Below, piece after piece: positions 51,535 through 64,000 of a stretch of DNA of 64,000 nt. The stretch comes from Eledone cirrhosa. Its lineage: Eukaryota. How positions within the stretch are numbered: the stretch's first letter is position 1; each line of letters begins with the position of its first letter. The stretch covers positions 312,170,001 through 312,234,000 of the forward strand of contig OZ024742.1 in the NCBI GenBank assembly GCA_964016885.1. Direction: 5' to 3'. The translations under genes and the position numbers were made by a program. The notes below the pieces were generated by a model. It was not told the DNA's origin and made no database searches. It was given only the letters and a program-made list of their open reading frames with translations.

Positions 51535-51670
51535 ATGTATCTTCACTTTAAACATAGATTTCTCCTAACTTTCTGCTGTATAATAGGAAGTAAGGAATTC
51601 ACTACAAATGAAAACAGAATAAAAAGACAAGCAAAGGAAAAATCCAAGAGATAATACATTTAAATCCAGG

Positions 51671-51684
51671 GTTGCCATGGCATT
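51671..51684. promoter_or_regulatory. RFX X-box-like GTTGCCATGGCATT
   Basis: 12/14 match to the X-box consensus, in unique sequence. Confidence 0.3.
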
Positions 51685-52030
51685 AGCAATTATCTTGGAC
51701 AAGAATTATTCTCATTACTAAAATCAATAGTTTTACAATCAAATTTTATACACATGTATGATAAACTATATTAGAATGGGAAGAGAGAGAGATAGAGGGA
51801 GAGAGAGAGGGGGAGAGTGTGTATGAAAAGGAGGGCAACATGAATGTGAGATAGTGAAAAATGGGAGATGTATCAGATAGTATATGTGCAAGTGTTTTCA
51901 TTGGTGGCTCTGCTAAATCATATGACCCAGATAAAATTCACATACAAGTATTTATTTTATCAGAGAGCTGTTCTCACTCTCAGAAGCTGACATTACAAGT
52001 AATGGGAATGCATTAATGAGAAAGAGAAAG

Positions 52031-52098
<68 letters not shown>

Positions 52099-52257
52099 AT
52101 AGGTAGGTGAACAAAAGCAAAAGAATGAAAAGTAGGAGGGGGGGGGGGGGGGGGGGTTTAAAGAAATAAAAATAAGTTAAAATAAATAACTAATAGCTGA
52201 ATCTCAAATATTTCATTTCATATGATCAAAGAATCAAAATTTATAGAAATACAATAC

Positions 52258-52292
<35 letters not shown>

Positions 52293-52786
52293 TGATGACA
52301 ATGATATGATGAGGATGATGGGCAATTTCTTATGTAGCCATGAAACTTTAATAAGGAAGAGGAGTGGAAGTAGACAAGGAGAAGGTTATAATGGTAATCA
52401 AATATTTAATTTTAACTAAAGTATCCATAGAAACAGGATGTCAAGGAACAGAAGCAAATTACCCTTCACTCTGAGAAAACATCAGACGCTCAAGAAACGT
52501 GATGTATGTGTATGTTTCTGTAGAAGTGAGCGTTAAAAATAATTACAACACCACCAACAACAACAACTGCCAATACAAATACCACCAAACTCAAGTATAT
52601 AGATAGATAGTTAGAGAAGTGAGGTTGTCCTAATTTTAGCCAAAATTGAAATCTCTTTGTAAGGTGAATTTAGAAAGTAACAATAGCTGTAAGGCTGAGT
52701 GCCAATATTTCTAACATACTATTCTATCGATTGATACAGGTGCAACAGATGGCTTTTAAAGAAATAGTAATAATAGCAACAATAAC

Positions 52787-52827
<41 letters not shown>

Positions 52828-53358
52828 TTAAGTAGCTATCAGTGAAAAGAGGCAACCAAATAATCTACAAACAGAAAATTATGCTACAAAAATAATTAAA
52901 TGACAAAAAAATATATATATTTGGAAAGAAAAAACCCCCCCAAAACACCAAAAAAATATGCATGATCATTTTTTTTAAAACACTCTAATTAATATTGATG
53001 CAACAAATAAAAAAAAAAAAATGAATAAGTAACAAAAAACGAAACATTTTAATAGAATGCAGTGTGATCAATTAACCCAACTTTAAAAGACTACTTTGAA
53101 AAGAAGGAATCATTGAAATCTAATAACATAAGATTAGGAAACTGATGGTACTAGGTTTAGTTAAAAATCAATCATAAAGAATCACTAGAATTTAAGGAAG
53201 CTAGAGGTGGGTTAAACCAGTGAGAAACAATATTGAATGGTTAATCCTTTCTTTACTATATTTCCCATGAAAGACACTGATGATGATTTTCAATTTATTT
53301 TTGAAAATAATCAAAGAAGTTGAAGAGATTTAGTAAAACTTTCTTACCATTTATTTAT

Positions 53359-53475
53359 TTAACCTTTAGTGCACTGAATTTTTTTAATGAATTGCTTCCC
53401 TTGACACAGTATTATGTATTAAAGGGAGACTACTCAATTGGCGACTTATGTCACTGACAGCGCCAAGAGGGTTAA
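53359..53475. mobile_element. Short TTAA-type MITE, family D (~115 bp); second copy at 41125-41292
   Basis: Both copies are TTAA-bounded and share atgaattgcttcc...attatgtattaaag..gag..tactc...ggcgac...cagc.ccaaga.ggttaa. Confidence 0.7.
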
Positions 53476-54086
53476 GCAATTTAAGAGTCTGTATAGAGCT
53501 AGTAAGCTACAACAGACTATGGGAAGTATCTAGTACTTCTTACAGTTGAGAAACAGGAAAAAAAAAGAAAAAAAACCTAGATGGCGGTTGGAGCAGAAAT
53601 GGAACTTTATGTTATTGACTCCAAAAGGATGAAAGGCATTACTGACCCCAGCGGGATTTGAACTCCGAGCACAAAGGGTTAGAATAAATTCCATAAGCTA
53701 TTCTATCCAATTATCTAATGAATCTGCCATTTCACCGCCCTCATATATTACAAATAATAATATATATAAATAAATATTGCATTATAATATAATAACTGTT
53801 TCAAAAACCATTTTTTTAACTCAAACATTCTCAAAGAAGACTGACCTAATATAGTGTTTTTAAATTCTAAATATTATCCAACAGTGTTAACATAAGAAGT
53901 GATAAAGGCAAGTGCATATTCATGATTGGAATAGAAAGCTGAAGAAGGAAAGTTATGCTCAGGATACTTTTAGGACTTTCTACACTTTCTACATTGGACA
54001 AACTGTATGAAGATAGTGTAATTAATGTTGAAGGTTAAAGATGAAACAGGGAAATATCAGTAGAAAAGAAATCTCCCTCAAACAAA

Positions 54087-54914
54087 TATGAGATCTGTAA
54101 AAAAAGTATCAGACTTTATTTTTTCCAGTGGGAAGTAATAATGTTAGTGTGCAAAGTGACGTAGCATGCTTGGTCTTCGGTGAACTCACTGGATGTGTCA
54201 GTCACTGTCAAGCAGTCGGCATGTGACGTGCTGTACTACTTATTCATGACATTTTCATTTCACTTGATACTATCAACAAGTCGAGTTCTCAACTACTGTG
54301 ATAACTGGAGATGAGATGTTGGTGCAGAGGTACATGCAAAGCTCAGTCATGACAATGGAAGCAATTAACATCACCAAGGCCCCAAAGGGTATGTCAGGTG
54401 TAAAGCAATGTCAAGGTGATGCAGACTGTTTCCTTTGACCAGAAAAAACCCAGTTATATAGGAGTACTGCCAGGAAGTCATCTGTTGTCTGTATTACAGT
54501 ACTGTACAAGAATCTGGATATGTGAGCTTCACAAATCTGATAGCTGCATCACAGCAATGCACAAGTTCATTTGTCACAGTTGATCCAAGGATTCTTGCCA
54601 AAGAAAGGCATTCTGCTCATTTGCCAGGCTCCTTACTCTCCAAACATGGCTTTTTCTGACTTCTGATTGTAACCAAAAATGAAGATGCCACTGAAAGGCT
54701 CCCAATTTGAGAACTGAGAGAACATCGCATGGACAGAGTTGAGAACCATTCCAGAAGAAGCATTGCACATGTGCTTCGAACAGTGGAAGGATTGCTAGGC
54801 GAAGTATGTGGAGCACAAGGGGCCTACTTTGAAAGGGTTTAACAACTGAACCCTATCAAGTATTAAATTTTCTCCCCTAGTCTAAGGTTGGATACTTTTT
54901 CAATAAACCTCATA
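54087..54914 (+). mobile_element. Decayed, internally deleted mariner (DD34D-type) transposon with pseudogenised transposase
   Basis: TA TSDs; TIRs tgagatctgtaaaaaaagtatc / gatactttttcaataaacctca. Translated remnants: LHHSNA (cf. LHHDNA, ~54544), QAPYSPNMAFSDF*L*PKMKMPLKG (cf. HPPYSPDLAPSDF, ~54625-54700) and FEQWKDC*AKYVEHKGAYFE. Confidence 0.9.
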
Positions 54915-55771
54915 TAGCCCTGGGAAGGAAGCAATGCTGTAAATATTTATATTAGACTAAGTATGAGGGAAAATTGCTGTAAAAATACAGGAGCAAAAAT
55001 TACATTTACTTGTCACTTTTTAGCAGCAGGACTGCCCTGATTGAGCAGACCTATAATCAATGGTATTCCAGCCATGATAATATATTTTCTTTTTCTTTTC
55101 CAGACACTGTAATTTGTTCAATGAACAGAAACTATTGTAGTGGTGGTAACAAGAAAGAAGACATGACCTGATAGGAAGACAACTGTTTAGAGTGTGTTAT
55201 TGAAGCTTTCTTTTGGGTTTCTCTATTTATTCATTTATTTATTTTGTTAACAGTGGTGGAATGTAGGATATGTAGGTGAATGGCTGGAACTTTGTCCCAG
55301 ATATTTGAGCAGTAGTCTGGGTGGTGAATTTGCATTTTGTATAGGATTAGCAGCTGTTCATAGACTGTTAATAATTGGTCTCTGAAAACTACTTCAGTGA
55401 TACTTTGACAGAATGAAGATTTTTCAAAGATATGGTTACTACTAGTAATTTAGAAAGCAAGGTTAAACCAATTACTCTGCTGTCTTAACCGATGGTGCCT
55501 CAATCTGACATTTTGAGATTTCTTTTTGTCAAATTTCATAGTTACTAAGATGTTATCTTCTTGATATGTCAATGACAAAATATGATGCTTTACTGAACTT
55601 GGAAACAAAAATAAGAAAAAAACAAACAATCAATACATTGCTTGTTGTCAGTAGCAGAACTCAATTGTTACTAATTATTAACAAACATCGCAGTTCTTTA
55701 TCTCCTTTATTACAATATTTCTAATGAATGATACTGACTATAATTTTCAAATAATTTTGAGAAACTTCTCT

Positions 55772-55987
55772 TTAACCCTTTAGTATTTACATTACTCTAT
55801 ATTTACTATTGTATTTTCACAGTAAAGGCTTTATCTCACATAATATCGAATCTATGAGATTTTGATACTATTTATTTAGAGAACAATACCTTAACATTAG
55901 TTTGAGTGGCCAGCTACAGCCAGTTTGAACAGAAAGAGGTGAGAGAATTCTTGCCGGATACAGCCGGTTTAAATGCTAAAGGGTAAA
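55772..55987 (+). mobile_element. piggyBac-type MITE, family A, nested in an opposite-orientation family-B copy (~55700-56131)
   Basis: Family-A TIRs and body; family-B sequence on both sides. Confidence 0.85.
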
Positions 55988-56967
55988 GTTGATGTTTGAA
56001 GCATAATATAACAAGGGTTCTTACATAAAATTATGATAGAAAGTTTTAGATAAATATCAACACTTTAAAATAAACAGCTCTGTATTGTAGAACCAGTGTG
56101 GTTTCAGGTGGTTTAGTATCAAAGGAGTTAATTATTCTATCTATTGATGCTTTGCAATCATAAGGTTCTAGTTTTAATACTACTGTGTGGTGTCTTAGAC
56201 AAGTGCCACTTTCCATAACCTTAGGTCAACCCAAGCTTTATGAGTGAAATTGGGTTGACAGAAACTGTTTGGAAGCCTGTTGTATGGACTGTACCTGTAA
56301 TTCAAAGACACACTGTGTCATGCTGAATCTCCCTGAGAATTACATTGAGAATACATGTGTAAGTGGAATTCTCAGTTCTTTGTACATTAATTTCCCAAGC
56401 AGGTTGTTCCATTGATCAAACAATAGGGACACTCATCATCAAAACTGATGAAGACCCATTCTATTCCGATAGATTCTCAGAAATGTTTATGTTTCCTTCT
56501 AGTATATACCCCCATTCTTATTTCCCTTTATGTACCTTACAACAACAAAGGCATTACCAGGTACTTCTATTGTTCTAGGGTACTACCATCAACAACAAGG
56601 CATTATCAAGTACTTCTGTTATTTCCTTAAGCAGTAAGTTTGAGAGTCGCTATCTCCAACATTTCACTTTGAGAGTTCTTTGTTTTTTCTTTTATTGTAC
56701 AGGTACATCTTCAGTTTTTCAAATGCACGTTTTAGTTTATGATAGTCTTTTGAATTGTTTCTTTTGGATCAATTTTTATGAACCAATGGATATGTAAGAA
56801 ATTTGTGTTGTTTTTGAATATGAGTTTCGTCATGGAACCTATGCATCACAGATAGCTGGAAACATCGAGGTGTTTCGCGAAGATATAAGGTATAACCAAC
56901 TACCATACAACAACGAAAACATTATCAGAAAAAATATGGAACATGAAAAGATGGTGTTGTTGTATAA

Positions 56968-57298
56968 TAGAAGTTCTCAAAGTGGGGTCTACCACTCCCC
57001 AGGGGACATTGAGAAGGTCCAGGGGGTGCTGGTGCATAAAGGAGTAGTAGAGATAATATAATAGTATATTAAATATCAAATGATACATATTATATATATA
57101 AATATAGTAAAATAAAAAATATATTTATTTATACATAGTATATATTATATTATTTATTATATTTAAATTAACGATTTTATTTATTATATATTATTTACAA
57201 TTTGCGTGTAGTCTGGAAATTGTGTTGGGGGATGCAGAGGGTATTAGGTGGCCGTGAGGGGGGGGGGGGGGGGTTAAAAAAGAGTTTGAGAACCTCTG
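56968..57298. mobile_element. hAT MITE
   Basis: TIRs tagaagttctcaaa / tttgagaacctctg; 8-bp TSD ttgtataa / ctgtataa (7/8). Confidence 0.8.
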
Positions 57299-57543
57299 CT
57301 GTATAATATTATTAGAATGTTTGTTTGGTTTGTATAGTTAGGGGATTTCAATTTTAACTTTGAACCTAGAGAATTCTTGTGAAGTATATTTGATTCTTCA
57401 AAATGTAAGATATTTAATATACTTTAAGATGTGAAGAAGAAAAGCACCAATAATGGCAAATAACAAAAACAACAACCGATAATTTACAGAAAACATTCTT
57501 TTCATCTTTGAAATTATTCTCAGACAAGCAATTATAACAATCC

Positions 57544-57623
<80 letters not shown>

Positions 57624-59316
57624 GTTGAAAATATTTTTTGATTGCAGACAAAACTCAACATTTTGTTTAAATTCTTAGTTTCAATATTAATAGCGAAATA
57701 TTGAAAACAACAATAATAATAATACCACAAGTAATAATGATGATAATTAATAATAATGATAATAATAATAATGATGGTAATAATAATAATAATAATGACA
57801 ATAATAATAGTAATGGCAATAATACATTGCTTGCGTGCTGTGTGGAAGATGGAAATGATATATTATTTCACAAAAGAATGCTAAGATTGTTAAGAAAGTG
57901 GCAATCTATGGAACGATGCCAGCCCAAACAGAATAAGCAAAGTAATCCCATTATCATCCTTTGCTGGATGGGACTGCAATACTAATAGCACATAAATTAA
58001 TTGCTAACGTTACTTTCCATTATTGCTAGTCATGGTGTAGCATTGAAAAGGAGGTGAACTTCTAAATAGCTGCTTTCTTCTTGTGTGCATACATGTGTGT
58101 GTGTATTCAGCTGAGTATATTGGTTTATGTACACACTTGTACAAACACACACATGATGTGGATTCTTATGGGTTTACATGAGAGACCATTAAAAGTTCCA
58201 TAACCATGCTTGTGGAGAAGTATGAAGAGCATATTAGGTGTGTATATGTATAAAGTAACAAACACTACAATATAAAGAGTTCTATATACATGCTTATAGA
58301 GAAGTGTGAAAAGTATATATGTATATATGTTATAAAGTAACAAATACTACACCCGTGGCTTAATGGTGAGAGAATTAGATTTGCAATTGCAAGGTTGTGA
58401 GTTCGATTCCAGGACCAGGTGATGCATTATGTCCTTGAACAAGACACTTTATTTCACATTGCTCCTCCTGTCAGGAATTGCAACCGGTAGATAGTATCAG
58501 GAATGGAAAGACTAATAGAAACTTTGTTTCCTTGAGCTAATTTGATGAGTTTCACCTTACTCAGTGAATGAGGCCTGGGATCTTGTCGATCGATTCAATC
58601 AATCGAAAAGTTCTATAACCAGGTTTGCGGAAAAGTGTGAAGAGCACATTATATGTGTAACGTAATTACTACAACATTAAATCTATATCTATACTCTAGT
58701 TTCAAACAGCTATCTAATCAAATCTTCAATGACAATAAGAGGATATGATGTACAGATTTCTACCACTACTTTAAGCCCATTGAAGAGAGCACACATTCAC
58801 TCAAACAGATTTGTTTGAGACTATAATACAGATTTAACCCTTTTGTCATCTTATTTCTAATGAATACCACTACCTATGATTTTAAAATAGATTTGGAGGA
58901 TTTAGTAATAATATAACTAACTTTCCCATTATTAAGCTGGTGTTTAGAGCATAACTTGATAAAGGTTCTAACATAAAATTATGATGGAAGGTATAAAATA
59001 AATACAAACATATTGAAATAGCTTTGTATAGTAGAAACCTGGTTAGTTTCAACGAGTTTGGCATCCAAAGAGCAAAAGGTCCAGTCACCAGTCTGACTAA
59101 GATGATGAAATGGATGTATAGTATCGAGACTAATAATATGAAGTTACATAACTACTATTGATTAGTTACTATTTCAATTTATCATGATCAATCAACCTTC
59201 TGAAACGATTGTAAAATAATGAACTGATTGAGTACTAAACTTCGCCTTTTGTTTTCATTGTTCAACATATACGCCCCCCCCCCCCCCATATATATATATA
59301 TTAGTATCGATGCATG

Positions 59317-59482
59317 TATGAATGTATGTATAGTATATTTGGCAATCTGTATGTTTAATTAAAAACATTTAGAAGACCATTCGCTAGGAGTTTTACTTAA
59401 TCTCGGCATCGCGAATAGTCTTCTAATTGTTTTAAATTAAACATACAGTATATTGTCAAATATACTATACATACATTCATAT
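59317..59482. repeat. ~70-bp-arm inverted repeat (hairpin) with a 26-nt loop
   Basis: 59317-59384 pairs with 59411-59482 with few mismatches and one 3-nt bulge. Confidence 0.9.
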
Positions 59483-60754
59483 ATATATATATATATATAT
59501 AAAATATACATACATTTATACATATACACACACACATATATCATCATCTAATATCCATTTCCCCTGCTAATAAGGTTTGGACAGTTCTTCACAGACTGAG
59601 TCTATACTGAAGTGGACCACTGACCTCCCACACAGGCTGAGGGTTCGCTTCTCATATATAGTTCCACATTCTACCAAGTCCATTTCATCATGGCACCACC
59701 ACTAGAGAGGTTGTCATGTCTTTGACACAACTGGAAGATCCTCCAAAACTTTTATTTTGCAAGCTTTCTTACAGCAGGATGGCTCTTCCTAACACCAACC
59801 ACTTTACATGTACTAGGTGCTTTTATCATGTAGTTCACCAATTCTAAGGAGGTTATCATGTCCTTAACACAACTGAAAGGTTGCTCCCAACCCTTTGGTA
59901 AGCTTTCTATGGCTGGATGCTTTTCCTATCACCAACCACTTTATAGCATGTACTGGGAGCTTTTATCATGTAGATCATCAACACTAGGGAGATTGTCATA
60001 TATATATAAGGAGAGATAGACTAAAAGATACACAGACAAATGAAATGAAGGAAAGCGAGACAGATGTAATGAGAGAGAGAGAGAGCGAGAGAGAGACAGG
60101 TAAATGGAGTGAATGAAAGACAGACAGATATGTGAAGAAAATAGCAGAAAAACAGATGGATAAAATGAAAGAGAGACCAGTAAATAAAACAAAAGAAGAA
60201 GATACAAACTGAATAAAAGATAAGAGCAGAGATGGAACGAAAGAGAGTAAGCTGGCTGGAATGAAGAAGAGATAGATGAATGGAATGAAAGAGAGAAAGA
60301 AAGACTGTGAGTTCAATGATAAAGAGCAATGTCAATGAGAGAAGTGTCTGATAGAAATATAACCAAATCAATTATCATCACACTTCACTGAGGTTAAAAG
60401 ACCAAGAAAATTTAGATTTCAACAAAAGCGAATATCTCTTAGCTCTTTCATTGGTTAATAGACAATGCCAAGAATGAGATTGCATCAGAAGAAATTCTTT
60501 CTTTCTGCTGATTTTAATCTATTTATTCATGCTATCAGCCCCTCAAAAAAAGAAGAAAAAGAAAAAAGAAAAAGAAGAAGAAGAGGAAGAAGAGTTTGAG
60601 AAAGAAATTTGAAAGATAAAACAGGAACTGTGAAATACATTCTTGACACCAGCCCACTACATGTAGACAAAAGATTGCTGTGATAAATTTTTCATTGAAA
60701 AATCACAAAGATCAGAGCTAATAGCCTTTCTTTTGAAGAGAGAAATCTATCAAT

Positions 60755-60768
60755 GTTACCATGGTTAC
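60755..60768. promoter_or_regulatory. RFX X-box-like palindrome GTTACCATGGTTAC
   Basis: 13/14 match to GTTRCCATGGYAAC, in unique sequence. Confidence 0.35.
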
Positions 60769-61614
60769 TAATCAGCACTTTGCCTACAACTAATACCTAA
60801 GTAGTAACTACCTTGTCCATCCATCCATCCATCCAACCTTCCATCCATTACTTGCCACCAACACCAACACCAACAACCACAACCAACATAGATACATTCT
60901 ACTGTCACTCTTATCTGTCCAGGTTATATCACAATATAGTTTGTTTAACACATTGGTACTTAAAATAAAAGAAAAATTATCATTCACATCTTTTCCCCTC
61001 ATACACTCTACCTACTTATATCAATTATCTTTCTTGATTGTTAAAATAAAACAGAGAACACTAACTACCCTTCCTAGCTCACCCCTTGTTTCCATCCTAC
61101 TCCACCTACTCCTCATCCTCTATCTGTTTATCCATCTCTATTTCTGAAACACAAGCACCATTATCATTAGGCAAGATTCTCAGATTTCTCTACAAACATA
61201 GAGAACAGAAAAGCCAAAAGTATATCCAGTAATTTAGAGTAATTGCAGCTGCATATTAGTCGTGAATCTTCTTCAAAACTTGAGAAATTCTTAAGAGTTG
61301 TTCATTTACATCTAACCATTTTCAGACCAAACTGTTTGAATCCAACCCTGGTTTAATGATAACAAAACTACTTGTTTTCAACTTCTTGAAACCAGCCCAT
61401 CCCAAATCGCCTGATATAAAATAGCCCATTTTAAAATTAAATCCTTCCAACATAATTTGATATAAGGACCTTTTGTTAAGTTACGTTGCAAATAATATCT
61501 TAATAATGAGATAATTAATAATTTCAGTAAATTTCCATATAAGAACTTATATAGCTTTTACCATCCACTGACAAAGTAAATGCACTATTTTCTGGCAGAA
61601 GTACTCACACTTAC

Positions 61615-61812
61615 CCTGCCACTGCAGCTAATGCATTGCACCTTGCACCTGTTGCCACAGTGTGCATTTGCAGAAATCCATATTGGGTCTGGGGCTTATG
61701 CTTAGTGCAACAGCTCCATTACAAATATACATTTGATAAGCACTCCGAGTGTTTTAATTGCATCTGCCTTCAAAACATCATTTGTTGAGTGAGAAATAGA
61801 TAGCTGCTAAGA
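61615..61812 (-). other. Candidate (probably non-coding) upstream exon
   Basis: Unique GC-richer island ending in a consensus donor CAGG|gtaagt, with a second gtgagt 6 nt further on. Possible acceptor ttttctgtag near 61813. No frame is open across its whole length. Confidence 0.25.
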
Positions 61813-62196
61813 CTACAGAAAACCGTTTCCTATCGTCTATATATATATATATATATTCATTTTGTTTTCTACAGGCAATTTTGTTTCATAAACATGTCTG
61901 TAGACTAGCAGGAAATGAGAAAAATCATTATACATTTGCATATTGCTGGAGCAACTGTTTTATTAGTTGGATATCCTTCCTAATGCCAACCACATAAATA
62001 TACTATTGAACTGGTTAGAACAGTAGTTCCTAAACTGGAATCTGCAAAAGTCTTATTGAGGGTCGGAAGTCTGCAAGCTGAGCTGAACATTTTAAAAGGC
62101 TGCAGTGTTAAATGTATAATTATTTAATGGCTGTATATGTAAATATCTACAGGTATTTACATACTTATAGGTAATACCTGTCATTATTTTAAAGAT

Positions 62197-62520
62197 GCAG
62201 GCATGGCTATGTGGTTAAGGAGTTCACTTCACAACCATGTGATTCTGTATTCAGTTTCACTGCACAGCACCTTAGGCAAGTGTCGACTACTATAGCCTTG
62301 GGTTGACCAAGGGAATTTAGTATACAGCATCTGCAGAAGTTCTTCATATGTTTGCATGTGTGTGTGTGTTCATGATTATGTTTACACCTGTCTCTATGTT
62401 TCATTCAGTAAAAAGGGACCAATAAAATAAGCACCAGATTTGAAAAACAGGTACTGGGGTTGATATGGTCAACTAATCAAGGCAGTGCCTCAGCATGATT
62501 ACATACTAATGACAAGAACC
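62197..62520 (+). mobile_element. tRNA-derived SINE family 3 (older); other copies at ~35315-35465, 41365-41695, 46400-46790 and 56150-56455
   Basis: gcaggcatggctatgtggttaag head, then accttrggcaagtgtc..ctactatagcc...ggttgaccaa. Confidence 0.72.
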
Positions 62521-62804
62521 AATAAAATAATAAGGCTGATTAAAATAAGTTTCCAAATGACTAACATCAATAAAAAAAAAAAAAAAATAATAATAAGGCT
62601 GATTAGAATAAGATTTCAAAATTTCGAAGCCATTTACAAATCAGTAGAGCTTGAAAAACATTGGGAACCACTGAGCTAGAATCTAGAGTGGGCCAGGTAG
62701 CCTGGGGTTACCATATTTATTTAAGTCAGAACAATGTCAATATGTGTAGTAGTCTTACACATTAAACTCTCAGCCACTGTATTTTATGTCTGAAAAATAT
62801 AAAG

Positions 62805-63045
62805 TTAACCCTTTTGATATCAAACTGCCTGGAACTGCTCCTGGTTCAATAATACAAATCTGTTTTCAAGTGTTTATATTCATAAAAACTGTCCATTATA
62901 ATTTTATATAAGAATTTTTGTTGCAAACAACAACTTAATAAGGAGAAAGCTTTTCATTAAATGCCTCCAAATTTGTGATTATTTTCAAAATTATTTGAAA
63001 ATTATAGGAAATATCTTATTGGAACTATGGTAACAAATAAGTTAA
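62805..63045 (+). mobile_element. TTAA-type MITE, family B
   Basis: ttaa|cccttttgatatc ... ggtaacaaataag|ttaa. Confidence 0.78.
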
Positions 63046-63355
63046 GAACTGAAATTAGTCAGCAGTGGCACCATAAATATAATTTAACATCAGCTTTTTC
63101 CTGCTGGCATCTGCGAGACTACATATACTCAGATGCCCTTCCTGGTACCAACCCTTTAGCTCCCTCTCATAACATACAGGAATATATATATATATTCCTG
63201 TATGTTTATATCCTTCTCCTATTGCCACTGGATTTCGTTGCCAGAAGATTTTCCCATCTGCATTGTAGAGGCTTCCAAACTGACTATTTTTTTTCTTTTT
63301 CCACAATGGTTCAAGCAAACCTGAACACTCTCATATATATATACATATATACATA

Positions 63356-63493
63356 CAGGGTGTCCAAAAAATGTATACACACTTTGATTACCTGTACAGG
63401 CAATATTTATTAGAACCCATGCTAGCGTGGAAAGTGGACGTTAAACGAGGATGAATGCTGTTGAAGTGTGTATACATTTTTTAGGATACCCTG
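63356..63493. mobile_element. Tc1/mariner-superfamily MITE; shorter related copy at ~37880-37957
   Basis: TA|CAGGGTGTCCAAAAAATGTATACACACTT ... AAGTGTGTATACATTTTTTAGGATACCCTG|TA. Confidence 0.85.
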
Positions 63494-63554
63494 TATGTGT
63501 GTGTGTGTGTGTGTATTCTTTTATTGGTTACAGTCATTAGACTCCTATATTTAT

Positions 63555-63588
<34 letters not shown>

Positions 63589-63594
63589 GAAATG

Positions 63595-63893
63595 ATCGGT
63601 AGAGGGTCGGACGCAATGCTTTGACGCAAGGAGTTACGGCCCTTTCCATTCTGAGTTCAAATCCCACCGAGGTTAACTTTGCCTTTCATCCTTACGGGGT
63701 CGATAAAATAAAGTACCAGTAATGTACTGGGTAATTGCTGGCCTTGTGCCAAAAGTAGAAACAATTATTATCATTGTTTCAAATCCCGCTGGGGTTAACT
63801 TTGCCTTTCATCCTTACGGGGTCGATAAAATAAAGTACCAGTAATACACTGAGATAATTGATGGCCTTGTGCCAAATGTAGAAACAATTATTA
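63595..63893 (+). mobile_element. SINE family 1 copy plus a tandem second body restarting at the B box
   Basis: 63595-63775 is near-identical to 6588-6762. The second unit 63777-63893 begins at ttcaaatcccg. Confidence 0.9.
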
Positions 63894-64000
63894 TCATTGT
63901 TAAACTAATATATATATATACATACACACACACACACAATTATATACTATATACTCACATAGTCACATAGTTATAGTGATTATTTCATTTCATTTGTGCT

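Overview
AT-rich, repeat-dense animal genomic DNA. The SINE, MITE and (TA)n landscape suggests an octopus or other coleoid cephalopod; this is inferred, not verified. Only one protein-coding unit is well supported: a 1.5-kb terminal exon on the minus strand (39373-40872). It encodes a standalone zf-CXXC protein with an unusual combination of parts: a short IDAX/CXXC5/TET-type linker carrying KQ instead of HQ, a PxDLS CtBP-binding motif, a SIM-like motif, and an unassigned globular C-terminal region. The rest is intron or intergenic sequence. It contains several tRNA-derived SINE families, at least four TTAA-targeting (piggyBac-type) MITE families, hAT and Tc1/mariner MITEs, a decayed mariner and a CR1/L2-type LINE 3' fragment. 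There are also two non-autonomous Helitrons, Penelope-like foldback remnants carrying hammerhead-ribozyme cores, and long TA-based satellites. Almost all other ORFs in the supplied track are microsatellite artefacts.
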